Shown here piece after piece: positions 37,749 to 45,576 of a stretch of 64,000 nucleotides of DNA. A model generated the notes under the pieces. It searched no databases. It saw nothing but the letters and a program-made list of their open reading frames with translations, and had not been told where the DNA came from. Source of the stretch: an uncultured Gammaproteobacteria bacterium (GTDB lineage Bacteria > Patescibacteriota > Patescibacteriia > UBA9934 > GWF2-40-263). Positions within the stretch are counted from its first letter, which is position 1, and each line of letters begins with the position of its first letter. The DNA is taken from the NCBI GenBank assembly GCA_964399675.1, contig CAYNRK010000004.1, positions 12,715 to 76,714 on the forward strand. Direction: 5' to 3'. The translations under genes and the position numbers were made by a program.

Positions 37749-38012
37749 ATGCGCGAAACAACACCAACTCCAGAACCAACCCCAGAACAAGTAGCCAACA
37801 ACGAGGTTGGTGTAGAGGAGGCATTGAAGACCTTTGTAATTCCTGAAACAATGAGTGAGCTTGCCAGCGTAAAAGTGATAGAACGAGCCGAACAAGGCGA
37901 AACATTTTGGGTGCCTTCCGAGCTACATGTTGGAGTATACGAAGCGCGTGCAAAAGGACTTGACAGAGGTGATTTAAAATTCCTTGTTGAAGAAGGTAAG
38001 GGTGGTGAGTAA
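37749..38012 (+). CDS. hypothetical small acidic protein
   Basis: ORF only. Confidence 0.35.
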   Translation: MRETTPTPEPTPEQVANNEVGVEEALKTFVIPETMSELASVKVIERAEQGETFWVPSELHVGVYEARAKGLDRGDLKFLVEEGKGGE

Positions 38013-38085
38013 ATTATCCTGAATTTTTAAGCGACAAAAAACTGAAACAGGGCAGCGGTAATGTTGTCTGGAAAAATTTCCTAGA

Positions 38086-38142
38086 AAAAAATACTTATAA
38101 AATACTTCTCGATCGAGAAGTATTTTATAAGTATTTTTTTGG
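38086..38142. terminator. 54-bp perfect palindrome (A-tract tacttataaaatacttctcgatcgagaagtattttataagta T-tract)
   Basis: Bidirectional terminator-like. Same family as 24640..24690, 5369..5413 and 54185..54236. Confidence 0.7.
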
Positions 38143-38225
38143 TTCCCAATAAAGTTAACAGAAAAACCGCCAGAACTTCCTTGGGATGGGAAGGTGGCGG
38201 CTTGAGAATCGTGTGGTTGGTTAGC

Positions 38226-38672
38226 TCACACGCGCGTGCAGGTTTTGGCCTCGCAGTCAATGTGACATGCATCGCCCTTTTCGATTTCTTGTCCCCTGAA
38301 GTTGGCACCAAGCACGTCTTCTCCGTAGTCCTCAGGGAACCACCTCGTATACTCGAAGTGGGTTACCAGGATCAGGAAATCGGCTTGATCCGCATGCTCC
38401 TGGATCAGGGCAATGGCAGCGTCTGAGTCCATTGGATGGCTGGCTTCCGACCAGAGCACCTCGTGTTCGGTGAAGCTGACACCGAACAGGTCGGCCAGGA
38501 TCTGGGCGCTCTCGCTTGCTCGATCCTTGGTCGATGAGAGTATGCACACGGAAGCGTTGCCGATGCGCTCCTTCAGCCTAGCGTGCAGTGCGCGAATCTG
38601 CTCGGTACCGCGTTTGGAGAGGTGGTCATCGGCTTTGTAGTGACCGTGCCGGACCACAATCAGACTCTTCAT
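38226..38672 (-). CDS. histidine phosphatase family protein (SixA / phosphoglycerate-mutase-like), GC-rich island
   Basis: N-terminal LIVVRHGHY (RHG catalytic motif). SD ggagga. Followed by ccgccag..ctggcgg hairpin and T-tract. Confidence 0.7.
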   Translation of the reverse strand: MKSLIVVRHGHYKADDHLSKRGTEQIRALHARLKERIGNASVCILSSTKDRASESAQILADLFGVSFTEHEVLWSEASHPMDSDAAIALIQEHADQADFLILVTHFEYTRWFPEDYGEDVLGANFRGQEIEKGDACHIDCEAKTCTRV

Positions 38673-38916
38673 ATTCTTCCTCCAACATGGAGATCAAGGC
38701 TCCGTTCTCACCATCTCATCGATATGAGAGCTGGGGAGAATTTAGGCTTGTTTCTAGCTGAATATTAGTAAGAAAAATTATCATAAAAAGACTTTTTTGT
38801 CAACACAAAATCGTCAGCTTTCGCTGAGCGCATGTGGCTTGCCACGTGAACACCGACGTTGTACTACACTACAGCCCCGTAAAATTGACATACCGACATG
38901 GTCAATCACGTGGCAC

Positions 38917-38949
38917 GTAAAAACACCAACTAGAGTTGGTGTTTTTACG
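38917..38949. terminator. perfect palindrome acgtaaaaacaccaactagagttggtgtttttacgt
   Basis: Terminator at the 3' end of the minus-strand tRNA-Gln. Confidence 0.7.
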
Positions 38950-39023
38950 TGGTTCCCGGGCAGGGACTCGAACCCCGATTTAGTGGACCAGAACCACTCG
39001 TCCTGCCGTTAGACGACCCGGGA
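38950..39023 (-). tRNA. tRNA-Gln (anticodon CTG)
   Basis: Reverse complement folds as a canonical cloverleaf with loop TTCTGGT, T-arm GGGGTTCGAGTCCCTG and CCA. Confidence 0.8.
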
Positions 39024-39039
39024 ATAAATTGCCTGGCAA

Positions 39040-39105
39040 AATATACCTTTAATATTCCCAAAAGTCAATCGAATCTTGACAAAATCACTAAAAAATGCTA
39101 TCATG
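39040..39105. promoter_or_regulatory. divergent promoter pair: minus-strand TTGACT-17-TATATT for tRNA-Gln(CTG), plus-strand TTGACA-18-TATCAT for the small GC-rich ORF
   Basis: Hexamers read directly on both strands. Confidence 0.5.
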
Positions 39106-39153
39106 GTTTCTTGTTGTTTCGCAATGGTGCGGACAACACTCCGGGGAGAGGAT

Positions 39154-39255
39154 CATGCCCGCGAAGCACCGATGCGGTCACAACCGCTGCCAGTTCTCCA
39201 CGTCGCAGGCGCACCGCAGCGCCAAGGACATGGGCGGCGGCTCCAAGAAGAAGTA
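39154..39255 (+). CDS. 33-aa basic peptide MPAKHRCGHNRCQFSTSQAHRSAKDMGGGSKKK (GC-rich micro-island)
   Basis: Preceded by RBS ggagagg. Has its own promoter and a downstream terminator. Not in the ORF track because it is shorter than 60 aa. Confidence 0.4.
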
Positions 39256-39270
39256 GCCCAACAACTCGAA

Positions 39271-39315
39271 CTCACCCTGCGGGGCGCCTACTCTAGGGCG
39301 CCCCGTGTTCGTTTT
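39271..39315. terminator. GC-rich hairpin cggggcgcc-tactcta-gggcgcccc followed by T-tract
   Basis: Bidirectional. Also the 3' end of the minus-strand RimK-like gene. Confidence 0.7.
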
Positions 39316-40207
39316 AAAAATTTATTGAAAATTCGATTATTTTTTTGGCAATGTCTTTGCCGGTAACTTCCTCCAAGGCTTTAAATCCAGGATTGGCATT
39401 TACTTCCAAAACAAGCGGTCCACTTTCAGATCTAATAAGATCAACTCCTGCAATTTCAAGGTTAACTGATTTTGCAACTTTTACTGCAAGTTGTTTTTCC
39501 TGATCTGATAATTCAATTTCTTTTCCTGTTCCACCTGTTGAAGTGTTTGCTCTAATGTCTCCAGAAGACGCTGATCGTTCCATTGCGGCAATTACTTTAT
39601 TTCCAATCACAAACGCACGCACATCTTTTCTTTCTGCCTCTTTGACAAATCGTTGAACAATAATTGGATTGTGATCTCGGATTGCTAAGTATTCAGCAAT
39701 TGGCTGAAAAGTCTCTTTGTCTGGCGCATAAAATACACCCTTACCATGAGTTCCAAATGCAATTTTGATAATCACAGGAAAACCAAGTTGATTTGCAAAC
39801 ACTAAAGCTTGTTCAGGATTTTTTGTGATTGCTGATTCAGGATGAGGAATGTCATTATTTTGAAAATGTAGTAATTGTCTAATTTTGTTTTTTGATAAAC
39901 CAAGATGATGCTTGCTGTTTATCAATTTAAATCCAGATTGATTTAAATAATGAATCGGATGCATGTGCAAGCTTGGCTCTTCAATAAAGTTTGGTCTTGG
40001 AAGAATTACATCAAGTTTTGGAAGTGGTTTTCCATCATAAAGATAACCCCCCCTAACCCCCCCTTGAAAGGGGGGGGAACAAAACAAAAAGTTTGGTTCG
40101 TACAATCGAACTGTTTCATGTCCAAGCTCTTTTGCAGCTTCTTCAAGTCGATCAACACTTGAATATTGCTCCCAGGATTGTTTTGAAATAAGAATTCCAA
40201 TTTTCAT
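39314..40207 (-). CDS. RimK-family ATP-grasp ligase (alpha-L-glutamate ligase-like)
   Basis: ATP-grasp C-terminal half (..AGVDLIRSESGPLVLEVNANPGF..). Contains an in-frame family-C element (..[12 protein letters not shown]..). The track N-terminus 40208..40321 is read-through of a family-A repeat. Confidence 0.7.
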   Translation of the reverse strand: MKIGILISKQSWEQYSSVDRLEEAAKELGHETVRLYEPNFLFCSPPFQGGVRGGYLYDGKPLPKLDVILPRPNFIEEPSLHMHPIHYLNQSGFKLINSKHHLGLSKNKIRQLLHFQNNDIPHPESAITKNPEQALVFANQLGFPVIIKIAFGTHGKGVFYAPDKETFQPIAEYLAIRDHNPIIVQRFVKEAERKDVRAFVIGNKVIAAMERSASSGDIRANTSTGGTGKEIELSDQEKQLAVKVAKSVNLEIAGVDLIRSESGPLVLEVNANPGFKALEEVTGKDIAKKIIEFSINF

Positions 40208-40325
40208 ATTATTTCTATATGTCATCTCGACCGGAGACCCGTCTGACGGGCCGGAGCGGAGAGATCTCGAACACGAATATGCGAGATCCCTCGACTCACT
40301 GTCGTTCGCTCGGGATGACACAGTG
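40208..40325. repeat. family-A palindromic element
   Basis: gtcatctcgaccggagacccgtctgacgggccggagcggagagatctcgaacacgaatatgcgagatccctcg..gggatgac. Confidence 0.8.
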
Positions 40326-40330
40326 TTTCA

Positions 40331-41362
40331 TTATTTTGTCATTTGAATTCGGCCGGATGCTTTTGGATGAAGCGCATCCCGAGTTGATAATGCACCATCT
40401 TTGAGTCCATCAGCTAGCATTTCATCTAAGATAGCATGTACTTCTTCTTTTGTAGATGTTGTGTGCAATCGTTGTCTAAATCGTTTAGCTCCATCGATTC
40501 CCTTAAAGTACCAACTTAAATGTTTCCTAAATGTTACAACCCGATTATCGCCATACTGCGCGATGTGAAGATCTAAATGTTGCTTTATTGTTTTAACCCT
40601 TTGTTCAAGTGAAATTTGGGTTGGCTCTTTACCACTAATTATTTCTTCAATCTGAGAAAAGATCCAAGGGTTGCCAAGAGCACCGCGGGCAATTAAGACG
40701 CCATCACATCTGGTCTCTTTAAGCGCTTGAAAAGTCAACAAGGCTGTGTGGATATCTCCGTTGGCAAGAACGGGGATAGAAACTTTTTCTTTTGCTTGCT
40801 TGATTATCTCCCAGTCGGCTTTTCCAGCATAGCCTTGTTTTTTTGTTCGACCATGAATTGTAATAAGATCTGCGCCAGCTTGTTCAAGAATTTTTACAAA
40901 TTCAAAGCATTCTGTTGGATTTTCCCAGCCTGTTCGAATTTTTACAGACAAGGGAACTGTGATAACTTTTTTTACTGCTTGAACAATTTTTGTGGCCAGG
41001 TCTGGATCTTTCATCAAGGCTGCTCCGTTGAAATGATTTACAACTTTGTAAACAGGACAGCCCATGTTGATATCAAACCCTTCTGGGTTATGTGATTCCT
41101 CAATCAAATTCGCGGCCTCGGCCATCACCTCAGGGTCGCTTCCGAAAATTTGTTGAACAATTGGTCGCTCACTTTTATGAATTTCTGTCATGCCAAGCGT
41201 TTTATGATTACCACGAACAACTGCTTCTGAAGAAACCATCTCTCGAAAAACAACAGGAGACGCCATGGTCTTAACCAACTGACAAAAAGCCGAGTCAGTC
41301 ATGTCTGCCATTGGCGACAATGCAACAATGGGTCGTTTGATTGAATTCCAGTTTAGTTTCAT
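40331..41362 (-). CDS. tRNA-dihydrouridine synthase
   Basis: ..ALSPMADMTD.. plus an FMN-binding TIM barrel (Dus family). Start placed at MKLNWNS. Confidence 0.8.
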   Translation of the reverse strand: MKLNWNSIKRPIVALSPMADMTDSAFCQLVKTMASPVVFREMVSSEAVVRGNHKTLGMTEIHKSERPIVQQIFGSDPEVMAEAANLIEESHNPEGFDINMGCPVYKVVNHFNGAALMKDPDLATKIVQAVKKVITVPLSVKIRTGWENPTECFEFVKILEQAGADLITIHGRTKKQGYAGKADWEIIKQAKEKVSIPVLANGDIHTALLTFQALKETRCDGVLIARGALGNPWIFSQIEEIISGKEPTQISLEQRVKTIKQHLDLHIAQYGDNRVVTFRKHLSWYFKGIDGAKRFRQRLHTTSTKEEVHAILDEMLADGLKDGALSTRDALHPKASGRIQMTK

Positions 41363-41429
41363 AAGTAAAAGGAGGATATAGGAAAAAGTTAATTGAAGCA
41401 AGAATGGGATCAGTGTATAATCTTCTCAT

Positions 41430-41813
41430 GTGAAAAAAGAATCTTCATCAATCTACTTGTATGGCGCAGCAGTTTTAGTTGTTGTGATTATTGGTTTTGT
41501 TGTTCTAAAAAACAGCACACCATCAGTGCACACATCGTTTGCAGAATGTTTAGCTGAAAATGATGTAAAAATGTATGGTGCATGGTGGTGTTCACATTGC
41601 GAGAATCAGAAAACAATATTTGGTAATGCGTTTGATCAAATTGAATATATTGAATGCTCAGACTCCGGATCTCGTGCAATTAATGAAACTTGCAAAGACA
41701 TTGGACTTAAAGGATATCCAACTTGGGAATTTTCAGATGGAAGTCGGCTTGCAGGCGAAGTTACGCTTGAGGTTTTAGCGGAAAAGACTGGATGTGAATT
41801 ACCAACACAATAA
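41430..41813 (+). CDS. membrane-anchored thioredoxin-like protein (CxxC: WCSHC)
   Basis: N-terminal TM helix followed by a Trx-fold CxxC. Immediately upstream of VKOR. Confidence 0.6.
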   Translation: MKKESSSIYLYGAAVLVVVIIGFVVLKNSTPSVHTSFAECLAENDVKMYGAWWCSHCENQKTIFGNAFDQIEYIECSDSGSRAINETCKDIGLKGYPTWEFSDGSRLAGEVTLEVLAEKTGCELPTQ

Positions 41814-41824
41814 ATATCCCCCGA

Positions 41825-41866
41825 GCCTGTCGAGGGGCGCAGGCCTTCGACAGGCTCGGGCAATAT
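41825..41866. repeat. perfect GC-rich hairpin cccgagcctgtcgaagg...ccttcgacaggctcggg
   Basis: 17-bp stem between the Trx-like gene and VKOR. Confidence 0.7.
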
Positions 41867-41871
41867 CATTT

Positions 41872-42309
41872 ATGAAAAAAATCATCACAACACTTATTAT
41901 ATTATCACTGATCGGTGTGGCCATTTCCACTTATTCCTTTTTGCACAACAAAGGTTTTGTGTCTGGTGAAATTTGTGTAATCGGTGAATCATTGGATTGT
42001 GATGTTGTAAACCAAGGACCTTACTCAAAACTGTTTGGTATTCCTGTTTCATTGATAGGGATTATTGGATACGCTTTTCTTTTTGTTGGATCTGTAATGA
42101 AGCGTAACGACCAAAAAGACGAGGGGCTTACCAGATTTTTGTTATTAGCATCTTTGGGAGGTCTGTTGTTCAGCTTTTATTTATCCGGAATTGAGGCGTT
42201 TATTTTGCAGACTTGGTGTTTGGTTTGTTTGATATCTCAGTTGGTAATTTTGCTCATTACTATTCTGGCTGGTAAGGTTTATTTATTGGAGAAAAAGTCA
42301 GAGAAATAA
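41872..42309 (+). CDS. vitamin K epoxide reductase family protein (VKOR, DsbB analogue)
   Basis: Loop cysteine pair (C..C) and TM4 CLVC redox motif. Four TM helices. Confidence 0.75.
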   Translation: MKKIITTLIILSLIGVAISTYSFLHNKGFVSGEICVIGESLDCDVVNQGPYSKLFGIPVSLIGIIGYAFLFVGSVMKRNDQKDEGLTRFLLLASLGGLLFSFYLSGIEAFILQTWCLVCLISQLVILLITILAGKVYLLEKKSEK

Positions 42310-42322
42310 AAGTTTAAAATAT

Positions 42323-42631
42323 ATGGATAAACAAAAAGCAATTATAATAGGTTTTTTACAGGCAGTTGCAATGACTGTATATGTTTTTTTGGTTTCAGCT
42401 TTAATGATGAGTCTTGATAATATTTTGCCAAACATGCCAGCATTTGGTATTGCCAGCTTTTTACTCCTCTTTGTTTTATCTGCTGCATTTATGGCTCTGA
42501 TTTTTGCAGGTTATCCGGTTTCATTGTTTTTCAAAAAAGATACAAAAAGAGGATTGCACATAATGGGATTCACAGTTCTTTTTTTAGCATTATTTTTTCT
42601 AGCATTCATTATTATCCAGGCTTCAGTTTAA
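42323..42631 (+). CDS. hypothetical small membrane protein
   Basis: Three hydrophobic helices. Confidence 0.35.
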   Translation: MDKQKAIIIGFLQAVAMTVYVFLVSALMMSLDNILPNMPAFGIASFLLLFVLSAAFMALIFAGYPVSLFFKKDTKRGLHIMGFTVLFLALFFLAFIIIQASV

Positions 42632-42637
42632 ATCGAT

Positions 42638-44005
42638 ATGTTGCTTTCTTTTCATGGGGCGGCGCGGGGGGTAACCGGATCTTGTCATTTATTAAAATTA
42701 AAAGACGCTGATGGCAAAGATCATCAGCTTCTTTTTGATTGTGGAATGTTTCAAGGCGAAAATTTGTGTGGATCAAAAAACTTGGAAGACTTTGGTTTTG
42801 ATCCAAAACAAGTTGATGCGTTATTTATCACACACCCTCATGTGGATCACACCGGACGAATACCAAAGTTGGTCAAGGAAGGTTTTTCCGGTTCGATTTA
42901 TATGACGCATCCGTGCCATGGATTATCAAAGCTTGTTTTGGAAGATGCGTATCATATTATGACAGAAGATGCTGAAAAGTGTGGAAGTTCTGTTTTGTAT
43001 GAATTGAAAGATTTAATGAAATCATTTGAACAAATAAAAACAGTTTCATATCACGAGCAGGTGGATGTTGCTCCAGGTGTTAGTATCATGTTCCATGATG
43101 CAGGGCATGTGTTAGGCTCCTCGTTTATTTCTGTTGAAGCAGAAGGTAAGCGTGTTGTTTTTTCAGGTGATATTGGAAACGACAATGTGCCAATATTGCC
43201 GGACACAGAGGCCCTTTCAAAAGCTGATGTTGTTATTTGTGAAGCAACATATGGACATAGAGTTCATGAGGAAAGGTCTGAGAGGTCAAAAAAGCTGAAA
43301 GAGGCTTTGGAGGAAACAATAAAAAATAAATCGGTTTTGATGATTCCGGCTTTTTCAATTGAGCGAACCCAAGAATTGTTATACGAGATTGACAGGATTC
43401 TTTTGAATGAACTTAAAACAAAGATTCCGATTTTTCTTGATAGTCCAATGGCAATAAAGGCTACTCAGCTTTATCGAGATTTTAAACAGTTTTTACAATT
43501 TGATGTTTCAATTTTAAGCGAACCGGATCGGGACTTTTTTACTTTTAAGAATCTGCGTGAGACTCTTTCAAGAGATGAATCAAAAGAGATTAACTATACA
43601 AAACCACCAAAGGTTATTATTGCCGGCTCTGGCATGATGTCTGGGGGACGAATTATGCATCATTTGATTCGTTATCTTCCTGATTCAAAAAATCAAGTTT
43701 TGATTATTGGTTTTCAGGCCAAAGGAACACTTGGGCGAAAGATTTTTGAGGGAGAAAAAAAGGTGCACATATTTCGAGAGGAGGTTGAAGTAAAAGCAAA
43801 GGTGTCAGCCATTGGCGCGTTTTCAGCGCATGGTGACATGAACAAACTTACAAAATGGCTTAAGCCGGAAGATGGGAAAGTGCCTGAACAGATTTTCCTT
43901 GTGCATGGGGATCCTGAAGCAAAAGAATTATTTGCAACTCATCTAAGACACAAATTACGAACTGACGTGATTGTGCCCGGGTATCATAGCGAACACGAAA
44001 TTTAA
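42638..44005 (+). CDS. beta-CASP metallo-beta-lactamase family ribonuclease (RNase J / CPSF-like)
   Basis: HxHxDH (ITHPHVDHTG) plus beta-CASP motifs. Length about 455 aa. Confidence 0.7.
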   Translation: MLLSFHGAARGVTGSCHLLKLKDADGKDHQLLFDCGMFQGENLCGSKNLEDFGFDPKQVDALFITHPHVDHTGRIPKLVKEGFSGSIYMTHPCHGLSKLVLEDAYHIMTEDAEKCGSSVLYELKDLMKSFEQIKTVSYHEQVDVAPGVSIMFHDAGHVLGSSFISVEAEGKRVVFSGDIGNDNVPILPDTEALSKADVVICEATYGHRVHEERSERSKKLKEALEETIKNKSVLMIPAFSIERTQELLYEIDRILLNELKTKIPIFLDSPMAIKATQLYRDFKQFLQFDVSILSEPDRDFFTFKNLRETLSRDESKEINYTKPPKVIIAGSGMMSGGRIMHHLIRYLPDSKNQVLIIGFQAKGTLGRKIFEGEKKVHIFREEVEVKAKVSAIGAFSAHGDMNKLTKWLKPEDGKVPEQIFLVHGDPEAKELFATHLRHKLRTDVIVPGYHSEHEI

Positions 44006-44032
44006 AACACCCGCCTTGAGCGGGTGTTTTTG
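44006..44032 (+). terminator. rho-independent terminator
   Basis: cacccgc-cttga-gcgggtg followed by TTTTT. Confidence 0.75.
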
Positions 44033-44130
44033 TCACCCCCCTCTTTTTGCGTCTTTGCGAGCCCCCTTTCGCGGAAAGGGGCGAAGCCCGTCCGAACGGC
44101 CGCAAGGCCGGGCGGGCAATCTCCGTTGAG
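44033..44130. repeat. GC-rich family-A variant (gcgtctttgcgagccccctttcgcggaaaggggcgaagcccgtccgaacgg..)
   Basis: Module 1 plus a cccctttcgcggaaagggg hairpin. Confidence 0.6.
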
Positions 44131-44245
44131 AACTATGTAGGACAGTCACGTTGTATAATTTCGGCAGACTCGCTTCGCTCGTGCTGGCGAAATTATACAA
44201 TATACCTGTTGATGGCGTCCTGGAGGTTCGTTGGAGGATTGTGGG
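44131..44245 (+). repeat. family-B repeat (about 110 bp), copy 1
   Basis: gacagtcacgttgtataatttcggcag..ctggcgaaattatacaa..cctgttgatgg..ttcgttggaggattgtg. Near-identical to 45412..45530 and 56521..56635. Confidence 0.85.
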
Positions 44246-44462
44246 GGACAGTCATGTTGTTTCACATGCACACAGGAAAAATTTTCTTGCTGCGGAACTC
44301 GTGCTCTTTGTTGTTTATTTTAAAGGTAAGCACTCAGACAGTCCTCGCTGCAAAAATTTTCCCTGTGTGCATGTGAAACAAATCCGAGGGCATTATTAAA
44401 TAGAAAAACCGCCAGAGCTTTCAGTGAAAGATGGCGATCTGATTGCTTGCTGAGTTCGTGGC

Positions 44463-45296
44463 CTAGGCCGCGAGCGGGAAGCGGTCGTGAAGGAGCTTCA
44501 TGGCGTTGAGCCCGATGAGTGCGGCTTCTTCGTCGCCGGTGACCTCGAACGTGTTGGTCTGGCGATTGCCGTAGATGGCGTTGACCGAGCCGGCCCAGTA
44601 GCCGCCATGGGTCATGCACCAGACGTAGATCGTTGCCGACTCCATGGAGTAGAGCAATACACCGCGTTGGGTCAGCTCGTCGTGGAGCATTTGCAAGCGC
44701 GGAGGGATGTAGCCCATGTCGTCCGGTCGTGCCTGGCCTTCGTTGAAGCACGTGGTTGTTGCCTCAATGCCGACGTGGTGCGGCAGGCTGAGAGTCTCGG
44801 CAGCCTCGATGAGCGCAGCGATCACTCGGTGGTCAGCGAATGCAGGATACTCGATCGGCGCCCAGTTGGTGCTGGCGCCATCCAGTCGAACAGCCCCGCT
44901 TGCGATGGCTGATTCACCGACGTTCGGCTCTCTCTGGAGCGTGGAGCATGAGCCCACACGGATAAAGCGCTCTGCTCCCGAACGCACTGCCTCGGGCAGC
45001 ACAATGCCCGTGGATGCGCTGCCCATGCCGGTTGTGACCACAGACATGGGAACGCCCTGGAATTCGCCGGTGAAGCTCCTGAGCCCCCGGTGATCACCGA
45101 CCTTGATCGCCCCGGGACCGAAGAAGCGGCTCACCAACTCCTCAGCATCCTTGATCGGATCTGTTCCGGCGATCAGCTCTGCCCGTTCGGGTGAGCCCAC
45201 CAACAGGCAGTGGGGCGCCAGATCGTGTGCGTCTGTGTGGAGATGGTATTGCTTGCCACCTGCAGAGGTTGGGGCGTCAGCCTTTCTATCGCTCAT
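44463..45296 (-). CDS. nucleoside phosphorylase, PNP/UDP family 1 (purine/uridine phosphorylase-like), GC-rich island
   Basis: ..HCLLVGSPERAELIAG.. N-terminal fold and ..TGMGSASTGIVLPE.. segment typical of PNP_UDP_1. Confidence 0.7.
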   Translation of the reverse strand: MSDRKADAPTSAGGKQYHLHTDAHDLAPHCLLVGSPERAELIAGTDPIKDAEELVSRFFGPGAIKVGDHRGLRSFTGEFQGVPMSVVTTGMGSASTGIVLPEAVRSGAERFIRVGSCSTLQREPNVGESAIASGAVRLDGASTNWAPIEYPAFADHRVIAALIEAAETLSLPHHVGIEATTTCFNEGQARPDDMGYIPPRLQMLHDELTQRGVLLYSMESATIYVWCMTHGGYWAGSVNAIYGNRQTNTFEVTGDEEAALIGLNAMKLLHDRFPLAA

Positions 45297-45411
45297 GAAA
45301 CCCTCCTGGTTTCGCAGAGGTTCAAAAACAAAAACCGTTCGTATATTTACAACGGTTTAAGTGTTCTGTCAACCATGTCGCTTTATACGAAGCAATCTCC
45401 GGGAGACTTTT

Positions 45412-45530
45412 GGGGGACAGTCACGTTGTATAATTTCGGCAGACTCGCTTCGCTCGTGCTGGCGAAATTATACAACGTACCTGTTGATGGTGGCTTGGGG
45501 GTTCGTTGGAGGATTGTGTGAGTGCGGGTG
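45412..45530 (+). repeat. family-B repeat, copy 2 (direct repeat of copy 1)
   Basis: Over 90% identity by eye. Confidence 0.85.
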
Positions 45531-45576
45531 TTTAATAATGGACAGTCTGTTAATTTTATTTTAGTATGATCTCGTT

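Noticed and set aside
44487-45093. Antisense ORFs 44487..44912 (+), 44716..45093 (+), 44320..44751 (-) and 44822..45097 (-) in the phosphorylase island
   Set aside because: Same GC-rich artefact. Only 44463..45296 (-) shows PNP/UDP family similarity.
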